A stretch of DNA of 64,000 nt from Kiritimatiellia bacterium (lineage in GTDB: Bacteria > Verrucomicrobiota > Kiritimatiellia > RFP12 > DVOR01). Positions within the stretch are counted from its first letter, which is position 1. Each line of letters begins with the position of its first letter. Below, piece by piece: positions 39,146 through 46,953 of the stretch. The stretch is from contig JAFXKZ010000002.1 of the NCBI GenBank assembly GCA_017531445.1, forward strand, positions 9,286 through 73,285, given 5' to 3'. A program made the translations under genes and the position numbers. The notes beneath the pieces were generated by a model. It searched no databases. It had not been told where the DNA came from and saw nothing but the letters and a program-made list of their open reading frames with translations.

Positions 39146-40714
39146 ATGAGTACACGCAAGATTACAATCTTTGATACCACGCTTCGCGATGGTGAACAAA
39201 GCCCGGGTTGCAGCATGAAACTGCATGACAAGTTGTTGGTCGCCGGTAATCTTGAAGCACTTAAAGTAGACGTGATTGAGGCGGGATTTGCGATTGCATC
39301 TCCTGGAGACTTTGAGAGTGTTCAGACAATTGCGCGTCAAGTAAAGACCTGTTCAGTAGCTTCTTTGGCTCGTGCGCTTAAAGGCGACATTGATCAAGCG
39401 TGGGCAGCAGTGCGGGATGCTGTAAATCCACGCATCCATACATTTCTGGCAACAAGTCCAGTGCATATGCAGTTTAAGCTGAGGATGTCACCGGAACAGG
39501 TGTTGGAGCAGGCTACATCAATGGTGCGTTATGCGCGCAGCCTTTGCCCGAATATTCAATTTTCGTTGGAAGACTATACACGTACGGAAGAAGAATTCTC
39601 GTGGCGTATGATTGAGGCTGTGATTGCTGCAGGTGCGACAACGGTGAATCTGCCGGATACGGTAGGTTATGCAATTCCGGAAGAATTCGGAGCACGAATC
39701 GCGCGTGTGATGGAGCACGTTCCGAATGTAACCAATGCTACAATCGCAGTGCACTGCCATAATGATTTGGGTTTGGCAGTCGCAAATACGCTCGCGGCAC
39801 TTCGGGCAGGGGCGGGACAAGCGGAGTGTACAATCAATGGCATCGGTGAACGTGCCGGTAATGCAGCGTTGGAAGAAATCGTGATGGCTCTGCGAACGCG
39901 CCATGATTTCTTTACGGGAATGCAGTGTGATGTGGATACCACACGAATTATGGCAACCAGCCGTTGTGTTTGCTCGGTAACAGGCAGTCGTGTTCAGAAC
40001 AATAAAGCAATTGTTGGTCAGAATGCTTTTGCTCATGAATCGGGTATTCATCAGCACGGTATGTTGGCCAATCGCGAAACCTATGAAATCATGACGCCGG
40101 AATCGGTGGGGTTGACTCAGAGTCAGATGGTGCTCGGCAAGCATTCCGGCAAGCATGCGCTAAAGGATCGCTTGGTGCAACTGGGCATTGTGCTCTCGGA
40201 AGATCACCTGCAGGAACTCTTCGGACGCTTTAAGGAATTGGCAGATGCAAAGAAAGTGGTTACGGACGCGGACATTGAAGCGTTGGCACGTGGCCTTGAA
40301 ATGCGCAATGACACCAAGCAGAAGTTGGTGTTCGAGCGGTTCCTTACTTCGACTGGTAACACTACAACGAATGTTTCCACAGTTCGCTTGCGTGTGGATG
40401 GCAACATAATTGAAGAAGTAGCGATGGGTAACGGTCCTATTGAAGCTTCGTTCAATGCGATCAATAAGATGCTGAATCTTCATGTAACCGTGGAAAACTT
40501 CTCTGTCTCTGCCGTCACGTCCAACGTAGATGCGCAAGGCGAGTGCGATTTGCGTGTGCGTCACAATCAGAAAGTGTATCTGGGGCGTGGCGTAGCGCAA
40601 GATATCATTGAAGCTGCGATTCGGGCCTACGTACATGCGTTGAATGGTTTGTTGGAAGATGAACAGCGCATGGCGGTTAACGCGTCTGTAATGGCGGCAG
40701 GCGGCTTGGTTTGA
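39146..40714 (+). CDS. leuA: 2-isopropylmalate synthase
   Basis: [13 protein letters not shown] and [12 protein letters not shown] motifs, plus a C-terminal LeuA dimerisation/regulatory domain. Confidence 0.95.
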   Translation: MSTRKITIFDTTLRDGEQSPGCSMKLHDKLLVAGNLEALKVDVIEAGFAIASPGDFESVQTIARQVKTCSVASLARALKGDIDQAWAAVRDAVNPRIHTFLATSPVHMQFKLRMSPEQVLEQATSMVRYARSLCPNIQFSLEDYTRTEEEFSWRMIEAVIAAGATTVNLPDTVGYAIPEEFGARIARVMEHVPNVTNATIAVHCHNDLGLAVANTLAALRAGAGQAECTINGIGERAGNAALEEIVMALRTRHDFFTGMQCDVDTTRIMATSRCVCSVTGSRVQNNKAIVGQNAFAHESGIHQHGMLANRETYEIMTPESVGLTQSQMVLGKHSGKHALKDRLVQLGIVLSEDHLQELFGRFKELADAKKVVTDADIEALARGLEMRNDTKQKLVFERFLTSTGNTTTNVSTVRLRVDGNIIEEVAMGNGPIEASFNAINKMLNLHVTVENFSVSAVTSNVDAQGECDLRVRHNQKVYLGRGVAQDIIEAAIRAYVHALNGLLEDEQRMAVNASVMAAGGLV

Positions 40715-40731
40715 AATAATGCCACGTAATG

Positions 40732-40785
40732 AGGTGACAAAACGATCTCTCATATTGGGCATCGTTTTGTCACCTTTCTTATTTT
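40732..40785 (+). terminator. strong rho-independent terminator of leuA
   Basis: Perfect 15-bp stem AGGTGACAAAACGAT / ATCGTTTTGTCACCT followed by TTCTTATTTT. Confidence 0.85.
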
Positions 40786-40854
40786 GTGACGAGTATAACG
40801 ACCTGTCAAAGAACTGAGTATTTTACTTGTTGCAAGAAGCGAAAGGAATGGAAT

Positions 40855-41433
40855 ATGGATATCGCAACGCTTGAGGTGCGTTCATTGACACTTGGCCAAA
40901 CCATCTACTTGGATGGTCTTGTGCATACGGGGCGTGATCGTTTCCATAAGTATTTGCATGATGGCGGCGTGCTTCCAGAGGGGATTGATCTCGGCTCTTC
41001 AGCACTTTACCACTGCGGACCGGTCATGGTGCAGGAGGCGGCGGCCGACGGTTCCTTTCATTGGCGGATGGTAGCAGGTGGTCCTACCACTTCTTCACGT
41101 GAAGAGCCATATGAAGCAGAAATTATTGCTCGTTATGGCCTTCGAATGATTATTGGAAAGGGTGGAATGGGAGAGCAAACCTTGCAAGCGTGCAAGAAGT
41201 ATGGCTGTGTCTATTTGCAGGCGGTAGGAGGAGCAGCAACGAGTATCGCCAATGCAGTTGAGGCTGTGGAAGGCGTAGATTTTCTGGAAACCTTTGGTGC
41301 GGCAGAAGCGATGTGGCATTTGCGTGTGCGTAATTTCCCTGTGACAGTAGCGATGGATGCGCACGGCCATAGCCTTTATGAACAGGTGCACGCACGTTCA
41401 GCGCAACGCCTTACGGGACTTCTTTCCAAGTAA
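40855..41433 (+). CDS. Fe-S-type hydro-lyase beta subunit (fumarate hydratase / L-tartrate dehydratase beta-like)
   Basis: GKGGMGEQTLQACKKYGCVYLQAVGGAA motif. 192 aa. Start ATG 40855 lies after AAAGGA; the longer ORF start at 40786 abuts the leuA terminator. Confidence 0.75.
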   Translation: MDIATLEVRSLTLGQTIYLDGLVHTGRDRFHKYLHDGGVLPEGIDLGSSALYHCGPVMVQEAAADGSFHWRMVAGGPTTSSREEPYEAEIIARYGLRMIIGKGGMGEQTLQACKKYGCVYLQAVGGAATSIANAVEAVEGVDFLETFGAAEAMWHLRVRNFPVTVAMDAHGHSLYEQVHARSAQRLTGLLSK

Positions 41434-41460
41434 GTATTTTCGCTATTTGTTTTTATGTGT

Positions 41461-41497
41461 GCGAAGGGATTGCTCGTTGGCAATCCCTTCGTATTTT
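41461..41497 (+). terminator. terminator between the convergent hydro-lyase and amidase genes
   Basis: GCGAAGGGATTGC / GCAATCCCTTCGT stem followed by ATTTT. Confidence 0.7.
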
Positions 41498-42434
41498 AAT
41501 TCGTTTGTGAAAAGGCCTTGGTTATACCTTGGACAATTTGTCGGGCGATGCGTTTTTGTTCTTCAGGGTTGGTAATGCGAACAGAGTCTTCGGCGTTGGT
41601 AAGGAATCCTATTTCAATTAAGATTGCCGGGGCGGGGGTATCACGTAACACCTTGAAGTGCGCATGACGAACGCCTCGATCGGTGATGGTGTTTTCTCCA
41701 TCAGTGTTCGTTTTTTTGAGAAGTGCGTGCTGCACATAGTAAGCTAATCGTGTGGACATCGGCAGGTGGGCATGGCCTACGAGTGGACCGCGCGGAGGAG
41801 AGTTGGGGAGAGACCCTTCACATCCGAAAGCCGGAAGCGTGTAGGTCTCCACGCCTTTCGCTTCCGGATTCGTAGAGGCGTTCACGTGAATGCTGATGAA
41901 AGCATCAATTGCAAGTGATGCGCCAAGCAGGGTCCGGTCATCAAGTGTGAGGGTGGTAGATTCATCCGGACGGGTCAGATTGACATTATGCCCGAGCTCG
42001 CGTAATAGTTGCTGCACTTCTTTAGCCACGGCGAGTGTGATTGACTGCTCAGTGAATGTTTCGTTGCGGCATCCACTATCTTTTCCGCCATGCCCGGGGT
42101 CAATTAACAGATTCAACGCGGAGGTCTTTGGGATTGCGGGGAACAACAGGGCCTGACGCAGGAGAAGGATGTCGTCTTTGCTGAGGTTTTTCCGCCCTGC
42201 AGGTTTGTTCAAATAATACTGTACTCCGTCAATTTCAGCAGGGCGTTTCCCGATGGTGAAGCAAAATTCCGAGGGTTTGTCACTTGACGGTAAAGTTAAT
42301 TTTACGTGTTGGCCATCAATTGTGCGTGTCGCTTCCGGATAACCGAGTTCACGTGCAGTGGAGCGATAGGTCGAGTGGCAACCCAAGATAGAGAGCGCTG
42401 CGAGCGATAAAAGAAAAGGGAAGGCATGAGACAT
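41496..42434 (-). CDS. N-acetylmuramoyl-L-alanine amidase (lipoprotein)
   Basis: Lipobox LSILGC and an Amidase_3-type LIDPGHGGKDSG motif. Confidence 0.85.
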   Translation of the reverse strand: MSHAFPFLLSLAALSILGCHSTYRSTARELGYPEATRTIDGQHVKLTLPSSDKPSEFCFTIGKRPAEIDGVQYYLNKPAGRKNLSKDDILLLRQALLFPAIPKTSALNLLIDPGHGGKDSGCRNETFTEQSITLAVAKEVQQLLRELGHNVNLTRPDESTTLTLDDRTLLGASLAIDAFISIHVNASTNPEAKGVETYTLPAFGCEGSLPNSPPRGPLVGHAHLPMSTRLAYYVQHALLKKTNTDGENTITDRGVRHAHFKVLRDTPAPAILIEIGFLTNAEDSVRITNPEEQKRIARQIVQGITKAFSQTN

Positions 42435-42503
42435 GGAGGGGATCCTTAAAGCGAAAAATGGAAGGTCGGTTTGGGTAAAGTTAAGGTGTGAATTCAGTGC
42501 AGC

Positions 42504-43016
42504 TCAAATGGACTGCGGTTGTAGAGCCATTACACCGGTGGTGCGGTGCAAGTGGGTTAAAGCAATGGCCAAGGCGTCTGCTGCGTCATTTTGAATTGGT
42601 GGAGGCAGTGCAAGGATGCGTGAGACCATAGCCTGCACTTGTGCTTTTTCGGCTCCTCCGGTTCCCGTAACGGCGCGCTTGATTTCACTTGGCGAATATT
42701 CGTAAACCGGAATGCCGCGTTGGGCGCAATTCATTACTACTACACCGCGAGCGTGGCAGAGAATCATTGCGGTACGCGCATTCTTTGCATAGAACACCGT
42801 TTCCAGTGCAGCCTCTGTGGGATGGAAGTCGTCCAAGATTTTGCCGACGGCTTCATTCAACAACTGCAACGCTTGTGACATCGGTCGCGCTTGAGGTACA
42901 CGTATTGGAGCATAATGCAGTGCCCGGTAAGTCGTGCCTTTTGCACTGACGACGCCAATACCTGTTGACCGCAAAGAGGTGTCAAAGCCGATGACAATCC
43001 GTTCCAATCCCGGCAT
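42504..43016 (-). CDS. ruvC: crossover junction endodeoxyribonuclease RuvC
   Basis: 170 aa. IGFDTSLRSTGIGV with the catalytic Asp, and a C-terminal DAADALAIALTH motif. Confidence 0.92.
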   Translation of the reverse strand: MPGLERIVIGFDTSLRSTGIGVVSAKGTTYRALHYAPIRVPQARPMSQALQLLNEAVGKILDDFHPTEAALETVFYAKNARTAMILCHARGVVVMNCAQRGIPVYEYSPSEIKRAVTGTGGAEKAQVQAMVSRILALPPPIQNDAADALAIALTHLHRTTGVMALQPQSI

Positions 43017-44020
43017 TAGAAAATCTCCAATGAGGGCCAGAAGCGCGAGGGTTCAATGCTTTCCAACTGAGCTTGTTCCGTCTCGGAAAGTGCGCTGAAG
43101 AAGTTGAGGCCGGTCATTGCTTCAATGGCGTCGATACTGGTGAAACAGTAGCGCGGATGCTTGTCTTCGCGGATTTCCTGTGGCATATACATTCCGATAA
43201 CGCGCAATTTCCCGTCTTTTACGGAGGCGATAATCTTGAAAAATCCCTTCGGAATGCGCGCCTTGCCACGTTTGATATACGCCTTCTTTTCACTGGGCAC
43301 AGGACCTGTGATTACCCATAGATTTTCGCCGGTTCGGGTGAGTTCATCGGCAACAATTTTTTCCAACATTCGCCATGGTCCACGATTCAGTTCAGGCTTT
43401 TGCGGCACGATGTTACTCATTAGAAAGGTTTCTTTTTGTGCCTGTTTCCCGTAACGTGTCGCAATCAGATAATTGGGTGCCATGTGCCCCCGGTCATAAC
43501 CTGTACGCGTATAATCTTCCGGCGTTGGACAATCTTTTGCCTCCGGATCTATGGAAAAGGGGGGGCGTTCCGGAGGTTTGTCCAAAAGTTGTTGCGCCGG
43601 GATTGTGTATACGGCATAGACCGGATGACCGCACATGGGTGACCATCCCACCCAGTATCCCTGACGTTTTAACAAATGGATATCTTTTACCGACTTGGTG
43701 AGATCTGCTACTTCCGGCTTCCCAAAGTAGAACTTGTTTTGAGTGGGTAACGCGGCTGTGTAAATAATTTCCGCATCTTTTCCGGTTAATCCGAGGCTGT
43801 CGGTAAAATCGGCGGTGATGCGGCCGAGTTTCTCAAAGAGCGGTTCATACGTGCCGAAGGCTGCACGCTTTTCGGTTGGCAGATGGGCAAACCAGTTGCC
43901 TACGCCAAGAAAGAGTCCTGCAAGGATGAGCGAGAGCCATTTCACGGTCCTGCGAGGGGAAGGTGCAGAGTTGGCGGATTTTGCTTTTTTACGTTCGCGG
44001 GGTTGAGATTTACGCGCCAT
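43016..44020 (-). CDS. membrane-anchored DNA/RNA non-specific endonuclease (NUC superfamily)
   Basis: GYDRGHMAPN active-site motif. Basic N-terminus followed by a TM helix WLSLILAGLFLGVGNWF. Start ATG 44020; the ORF extends to 44059. Confidence 0.85.
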   Translation of the reverse strand: MARKSQPRERKKAKSANSAPSPRRTVKWLSLILAGLFLGVGNWFAHLPTEKRAAFGTYEPLFEKLGRITADFTDSLGLTGKDAEIIYTAALPTQNKFYFGKPEVADLTKSVKDIHLLKRQGYWVGWSPMCGHPVYAVYTIPAQQLLDKPPERPPFSIDPEAKDCPTPEDYTRTGYDRGHMAPNYLIATRYGKQAQKETFLMSNIVPQKPELNRGPWRMLEKIVADELTRTGENLWVITGPVPSEKKAYIKRGKARIPKGFFKIIASVKDGKLRVIGMYMPQEIREDKHPRYCFTSIDAIEAMTGLNFFSALSETEQAQLESIEPSRFWPSLEIF

Positions 44021-44816
44021 GATTTGCCTTTCGGACGAGCGCGGCTTCTGCGATGGCACAGCACCGTTTTACGGTTTCATGCTCGCGCTTGGGGAGAATG
44101 GAACACAGGTAGTCGCAGCGGAAAGGAATACATTTGCGTTCAAGCGTTAGAGCGCAACTTGCCGGAAAATAGAGCCCTCCATTGCACCATGCCACCTGAA
44201 TAAATACAAAATCGGCAAAACTTTGGATGTCTTTATAGTCTACGGGCAAGGCTGATTCAATGGCTTGGGCAACCTTCTGTGAGAGCGGGGCTGTAAAGGG
44301 AAGACCCCAATACACCTCCGGATGTTCTGCGAGATACCCGGAGGTGACCGCCTGTTCCAACAAGGTAAAAATATCCAATTTGTCGGCATCGCGCACCAGA
44401 TTTATCACAGCAGCTTCGTGCGCATCCAAATCCGGTGGCAACGTTTTCAAATTATGATAGGCGACCGCTTTCAGTATAACATCGCGACAGTCAGGCGAAC
44501 ACGCTTCCAGCCAATCGTTTTGCAGGATTTCCGAACAGCTTAACAGCGCGTGATTGATGCTCTTGCTGTCGCTGAACGTTTGATATTTGCAAAACTGCTT
44601 GAAACGCCCCACATCATGCAACCATGCTGCGATTTCTCCTGCGCCTTTCCATACATTTGGAAAGGCGGAAGACTGCATGATACGCCGGGCATTTTCCACG
44701 ACACGCCCGGTGTGCGCAATCTTTAACCGGATCATATCGGATTGCGGGAAGGTGGCGGCATAGGAGTGAAAAAGATGGGAAAATGCTTCAACGTTCATTG
44801 ACAAATAGTTTAGCAA
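44010..44816 (-). CDS. HD-domain phosphohydrolase
   Basis: WLHDVGR (the H..HD motif region) and VRDADKLD. Confidence 0.7.
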   Translation of the reverse strand: MLNYLSMNVEAFSHLFHSYAATFPQSDMIRLKIAHTGRVVENARRIMQSSAFPNVWKGAGEIAAWLHDVGRFKQFCKYQTFSDSKSINHALLSCSEILQNDWLEACSPDCRDVILKAVAYHNLKTLPPDLDAHEAAVINLVRDADKLDIFTLLEQAVTSGYLAEHPEVYWGLPFTAPLSQKVAQAIESALPVDYKDIQSFADFVFIQVAWCNGGLYFPASCALTLERKCIPFRCDYLCSILPKREHETVKRCCAIAEAALVRKANHGA

Positions 44817-44903
44817 AAAGCGTATTGCTGTTGCGTGAGTCTGCGGAAAGAATCGGAGAATGGGACGAAGGGATGCACTTGCTTGTGCAATGAGGCGGCG
44901 GGT

Positions 44904-44938
44904 TAAAACAGAAGCGCACGGCGCGAGGCCGTGCGCTT
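44904..44938 (-). terminator. rho-independent terminator of ilvC
   Basis: AAGCGCACGGC / GCCGTGCGCTT stem. The minus strand continues CTGTTTT. Confidence 0.7.
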
Positions 44939-44960
44939 AATGTTCCGGTTCCTGAACCCT

Positions 44961-46067
44961 TTAGTTTGAAGCGCGGCCAGCGACACCTGCAGCAGTAGCC
45001 GCGTTGGCCTTGGCACCTTCATTCGGGCGCAAAGAGCGCACCGCCGCACCTGCACGCCACAATTCGCTGTTACGGATCTTGTCGAGCTTGGCTTCCAGAC
45101 GTTCTTTGTAGTCTTTGCGGCCGCAATCGCGGATGACAGCTTTTGCTTCAGTCTTGTCGGCAACGGACTTGTAGAGCTTTTCAAAAACGGGCTTTGTGGC
45201 CTTTTCAAACTCAGGTGCCCACTTGAGTGCTCCATGCTGGGCGGTTGCCGAGCAGTTGGAATACATCCAGTCCATACCCTTCTCATCCACCAGGCGGATC
45301 AGCGACTGGGTGAGTTCTTCCACGGTTTCGTTAAACGCTTCGGAAGGACTGTGACCGTGCTTGCGGAGCACGGAGAATTGAGCGGAGAGAATCCCCTGCA
45401 AGCAACCCATCAAGGTGCCGCGCTCGCCAACGAGGTCGGAAGTCACTTCACGCTCGAACGTGGTGGGGAAGAGGTAGCCGGAGCCTACGGTGATGCCGAG
45501 AGCGAGGGTGCGATCAAGAGCTTTCTTCGTCGCGTCGATTTCGACGGCGTAGGAGCTGTTGATACCCACGCCATTGAGGAAGTTGCGACGCACAGAGGTG
45601 CCGGAACCCTTCGGAGCGACCATGATGACGTCCACGCCTTCAGGAGCTTCCACGCCGGTGAGATCGCGATACTGATAGCCGAAGCCGTGCGAGAAATAGA
45701 GTGCCTTGCCGGGAGTCATATACTTCTTAATCTGCTTCCAGACGGGCTTGATGGAGGCATCCGAGGTAAGCATCATCACGATGGTGCCGCGATTGGCTGC
45801 TTCTTCAATCTCGAAGAGGTCCTTGCCCGGCACCCATCCATCCTTAACTGCACGCTGCCAAGAGCTGTTTTTCTTCGTGCTCTTGCGCTGACCGATGATG
45901 ACATTCACGCCATTGTCACGCATATTGAGCGCCTGTGCAGGCCCCTGAACGCCATAACCCAAAACGGCAACGACTTCGTCTTTCAGAATCTTCTGTGCCT
46001 TTTCGAGGGGGAATTCTTTGCGGGTTGTGATGTTCTCTGTGACATCAGCGAATTTGATCTTAGCCAT
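44961..46067 (-). CDS. ilvC: ketol-acid reductoisomerase
   Basis: VLGYGVQGPAQALNMRDNG Rossmann motif. 368 aa. Confidence 0.92.
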   Translation of the reverse strand: MAKIKFADVTENITTRKEFPLEKAQKILKDEVVAVLGYGVQGPAQALNMRDNGVNVIIGQRKSTKKNSSWQRAVKDGWVPGKDLFEIEEAANRGTIVMMLTSDASIKPVWKQIKKYMTPGKALYFSHGFGYQYRDLTGVEAPEGVDVIMVAPKGSGTSVRRNFLNGVGINSSYAVEIDATKKALDRTLALGITVGSGYLFPTTFEREVTSDLVGERGTLMGCLQGILSAQFSVLRKHGHSPSEAFNETVEELTQSLIRLVDEKGMDWMYSNCSATAQHGALKWAPEFEKATKPVFEKLYKSVADKTEAKAVIRDCGRKDYKERLEAKLDKIRNSELWRAGAAVRSLRPNEGAKANAATAAGVAGRASN

Positions 46068-46126
46068 AGTGTATCGTTTCCTTCAGCAATAATCATCTCT
46101 GTATTGGGATGAATTAACGGTTTGAT

Positions 46127-46156
46127 ATTATAATGCGCTATGGGATGAATGGTCAA
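46127..46156 (-). promoter_or_regulatory. candidate sigma70 promoter of ilvC
   Basis: On the minus strand, TTGACC (46156-46151), 18-nt spacer, TATAAT (46132-46127). Confidence 0.5.
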
Positions 46157-46294
46157 GAGTGAAATCGTGAAAAAGCAACTTCTTTTCGCCTTCCGGGTGT
46201 TTTTCCGGATGTAAAGCGTGGTTTTTCTTTCAGCAGATTTGCCAACAGTGGCATGAGTGCTTCGGAAAAATAGAAACACAATCGGCAAAACGGC

Positions 46295-46329
46295 AACAAA
46301 AAAGGATTGCAACGTTTGTTGCAATCCTT
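46295..46329 (-). terminator. rho-independent terminator of tRNA-Leu
   Basis: 12-bp stem AAGGATTGCAAC / GTTGCAATCCTT with loop GTTT. The minus strand continues TTTTTTG. Confidence 0.8.
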
Positions 46330-46334
46330 CAAGA

Positions 46335-46418
46335 TGGTGCTCGGGGGGGGACTCGAACCCCCACGGATCTCTCCACATGCACCTCAAGCATGCGTGTATG
46401 CCATTTCACCACCCGAGC
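46335..46418 (-). tRNA. tRNA-Leu (anticodon GAG)
   Basis: 84 nt. Acceptor GCTCGGG/CCCGAGC, anticodon stem CATGC/GCATG with loop TTGAGGT, long variable arm, T-arm GGGGG-TTCGAGT-CCCCC, and an encoded CCA. Confidence 0.9.
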
Positions 46419-46434
46419 GGTTAAAACGAAATAA

Positions 46435-46463
46435 ATAATAACAAATTGCTGTGAGTATTACAA
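46435..46463 (-). promoter_or_regulatory. candidate promoter of tRNA-Leu
   Basis: On the minus strand, TTGTAA (46463-46458), 17-nt spacer, TATTAT (46440-46435), about 17 nt upstream of the mature 5' end. Confidence 0.5.
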
Positions 46464-46673
46464 GACTTTTTTTCATATTTCCTGAAAAAGTTTTTCGTTT
46501 CTCGATAAACCGCTTTGTGCAACAGGTAAAAGCGCGTTTACTTCTCTGCGGATAAACGTCACGCAGCATCTGTATTATCGGATGACGCGTTGCGCTGATT
46601 TTCCTGAAGAGCAGAGGAGATATGGCCATGTGCGAGACAGCAGCATGATAGAAGGCCTGCGACAGGCCGGGAG

Positions 46674-46755
46674 AACATCGGCGATGTTGGCTATGTATTA
46701 TCGCCGATCTTGGCTTTCACTGCCGCCCATCTTGAAGCGCATTGTCGCCGATACT
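46674..46755. repeat. array E of the phased palindrome (4 units, including a perfect 15-bp palindrome)
   Basis: AACATCGGCGATGTT (46674-46688, perfect), ATTATCGCCGATCTT (46697-46711), a degenerate CTGCCGCCCATCTT unit, and ATTGTCGCCGATACT (46741-46755). Spacing is about 22-23 bp. Confidence 0.8.
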
Positions 46756-46953
46756 GAAAATCCGCGTTTGCGCCTGCAGGTTACGCTTGCAGGCGCGACA
46801 CTTTTTTGAAGTGAACACGGGGGAATGTACAGATTGACGGCGGCGTGCCCGACCGAGCACGGAGTGTATGTTTTGTGAAGACGCGATGCCAATCCTATTT
46901 TTCATGAATTGAAGCGCGTGCGTTACTTTACAATTCTCTGCGATACGCCTCCG

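Noticed and set aside
38863-39231. 122-aa minus-strand ORF in the hom-leuA intergenic region
   Set aside because: It overlaps the leuA start and leader region, has no RBS or motif, and its composition looks non-coding.
40786-40854. Upstream extension of the hydro-lyase beta ORF
   Set aside because: It would begin 1 nt after the leuA terminator T-run and add a Cys/Lys-rich peptide. ATG 40855 has an AAAGGA RBS.
45234-46112. 292-aa plus-strand ORF
   Set aside because: It is antisense to ilvC and extends into the ilvC promoter region. No motifs were seen.
46343-46350. G8 homopolymer as a phase-variation tract
   Set aside because: It is the complement of the C-run formed by the T-stem plus acceptor stem of tRNA-Leu. 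It is structural, not a contingency locus.
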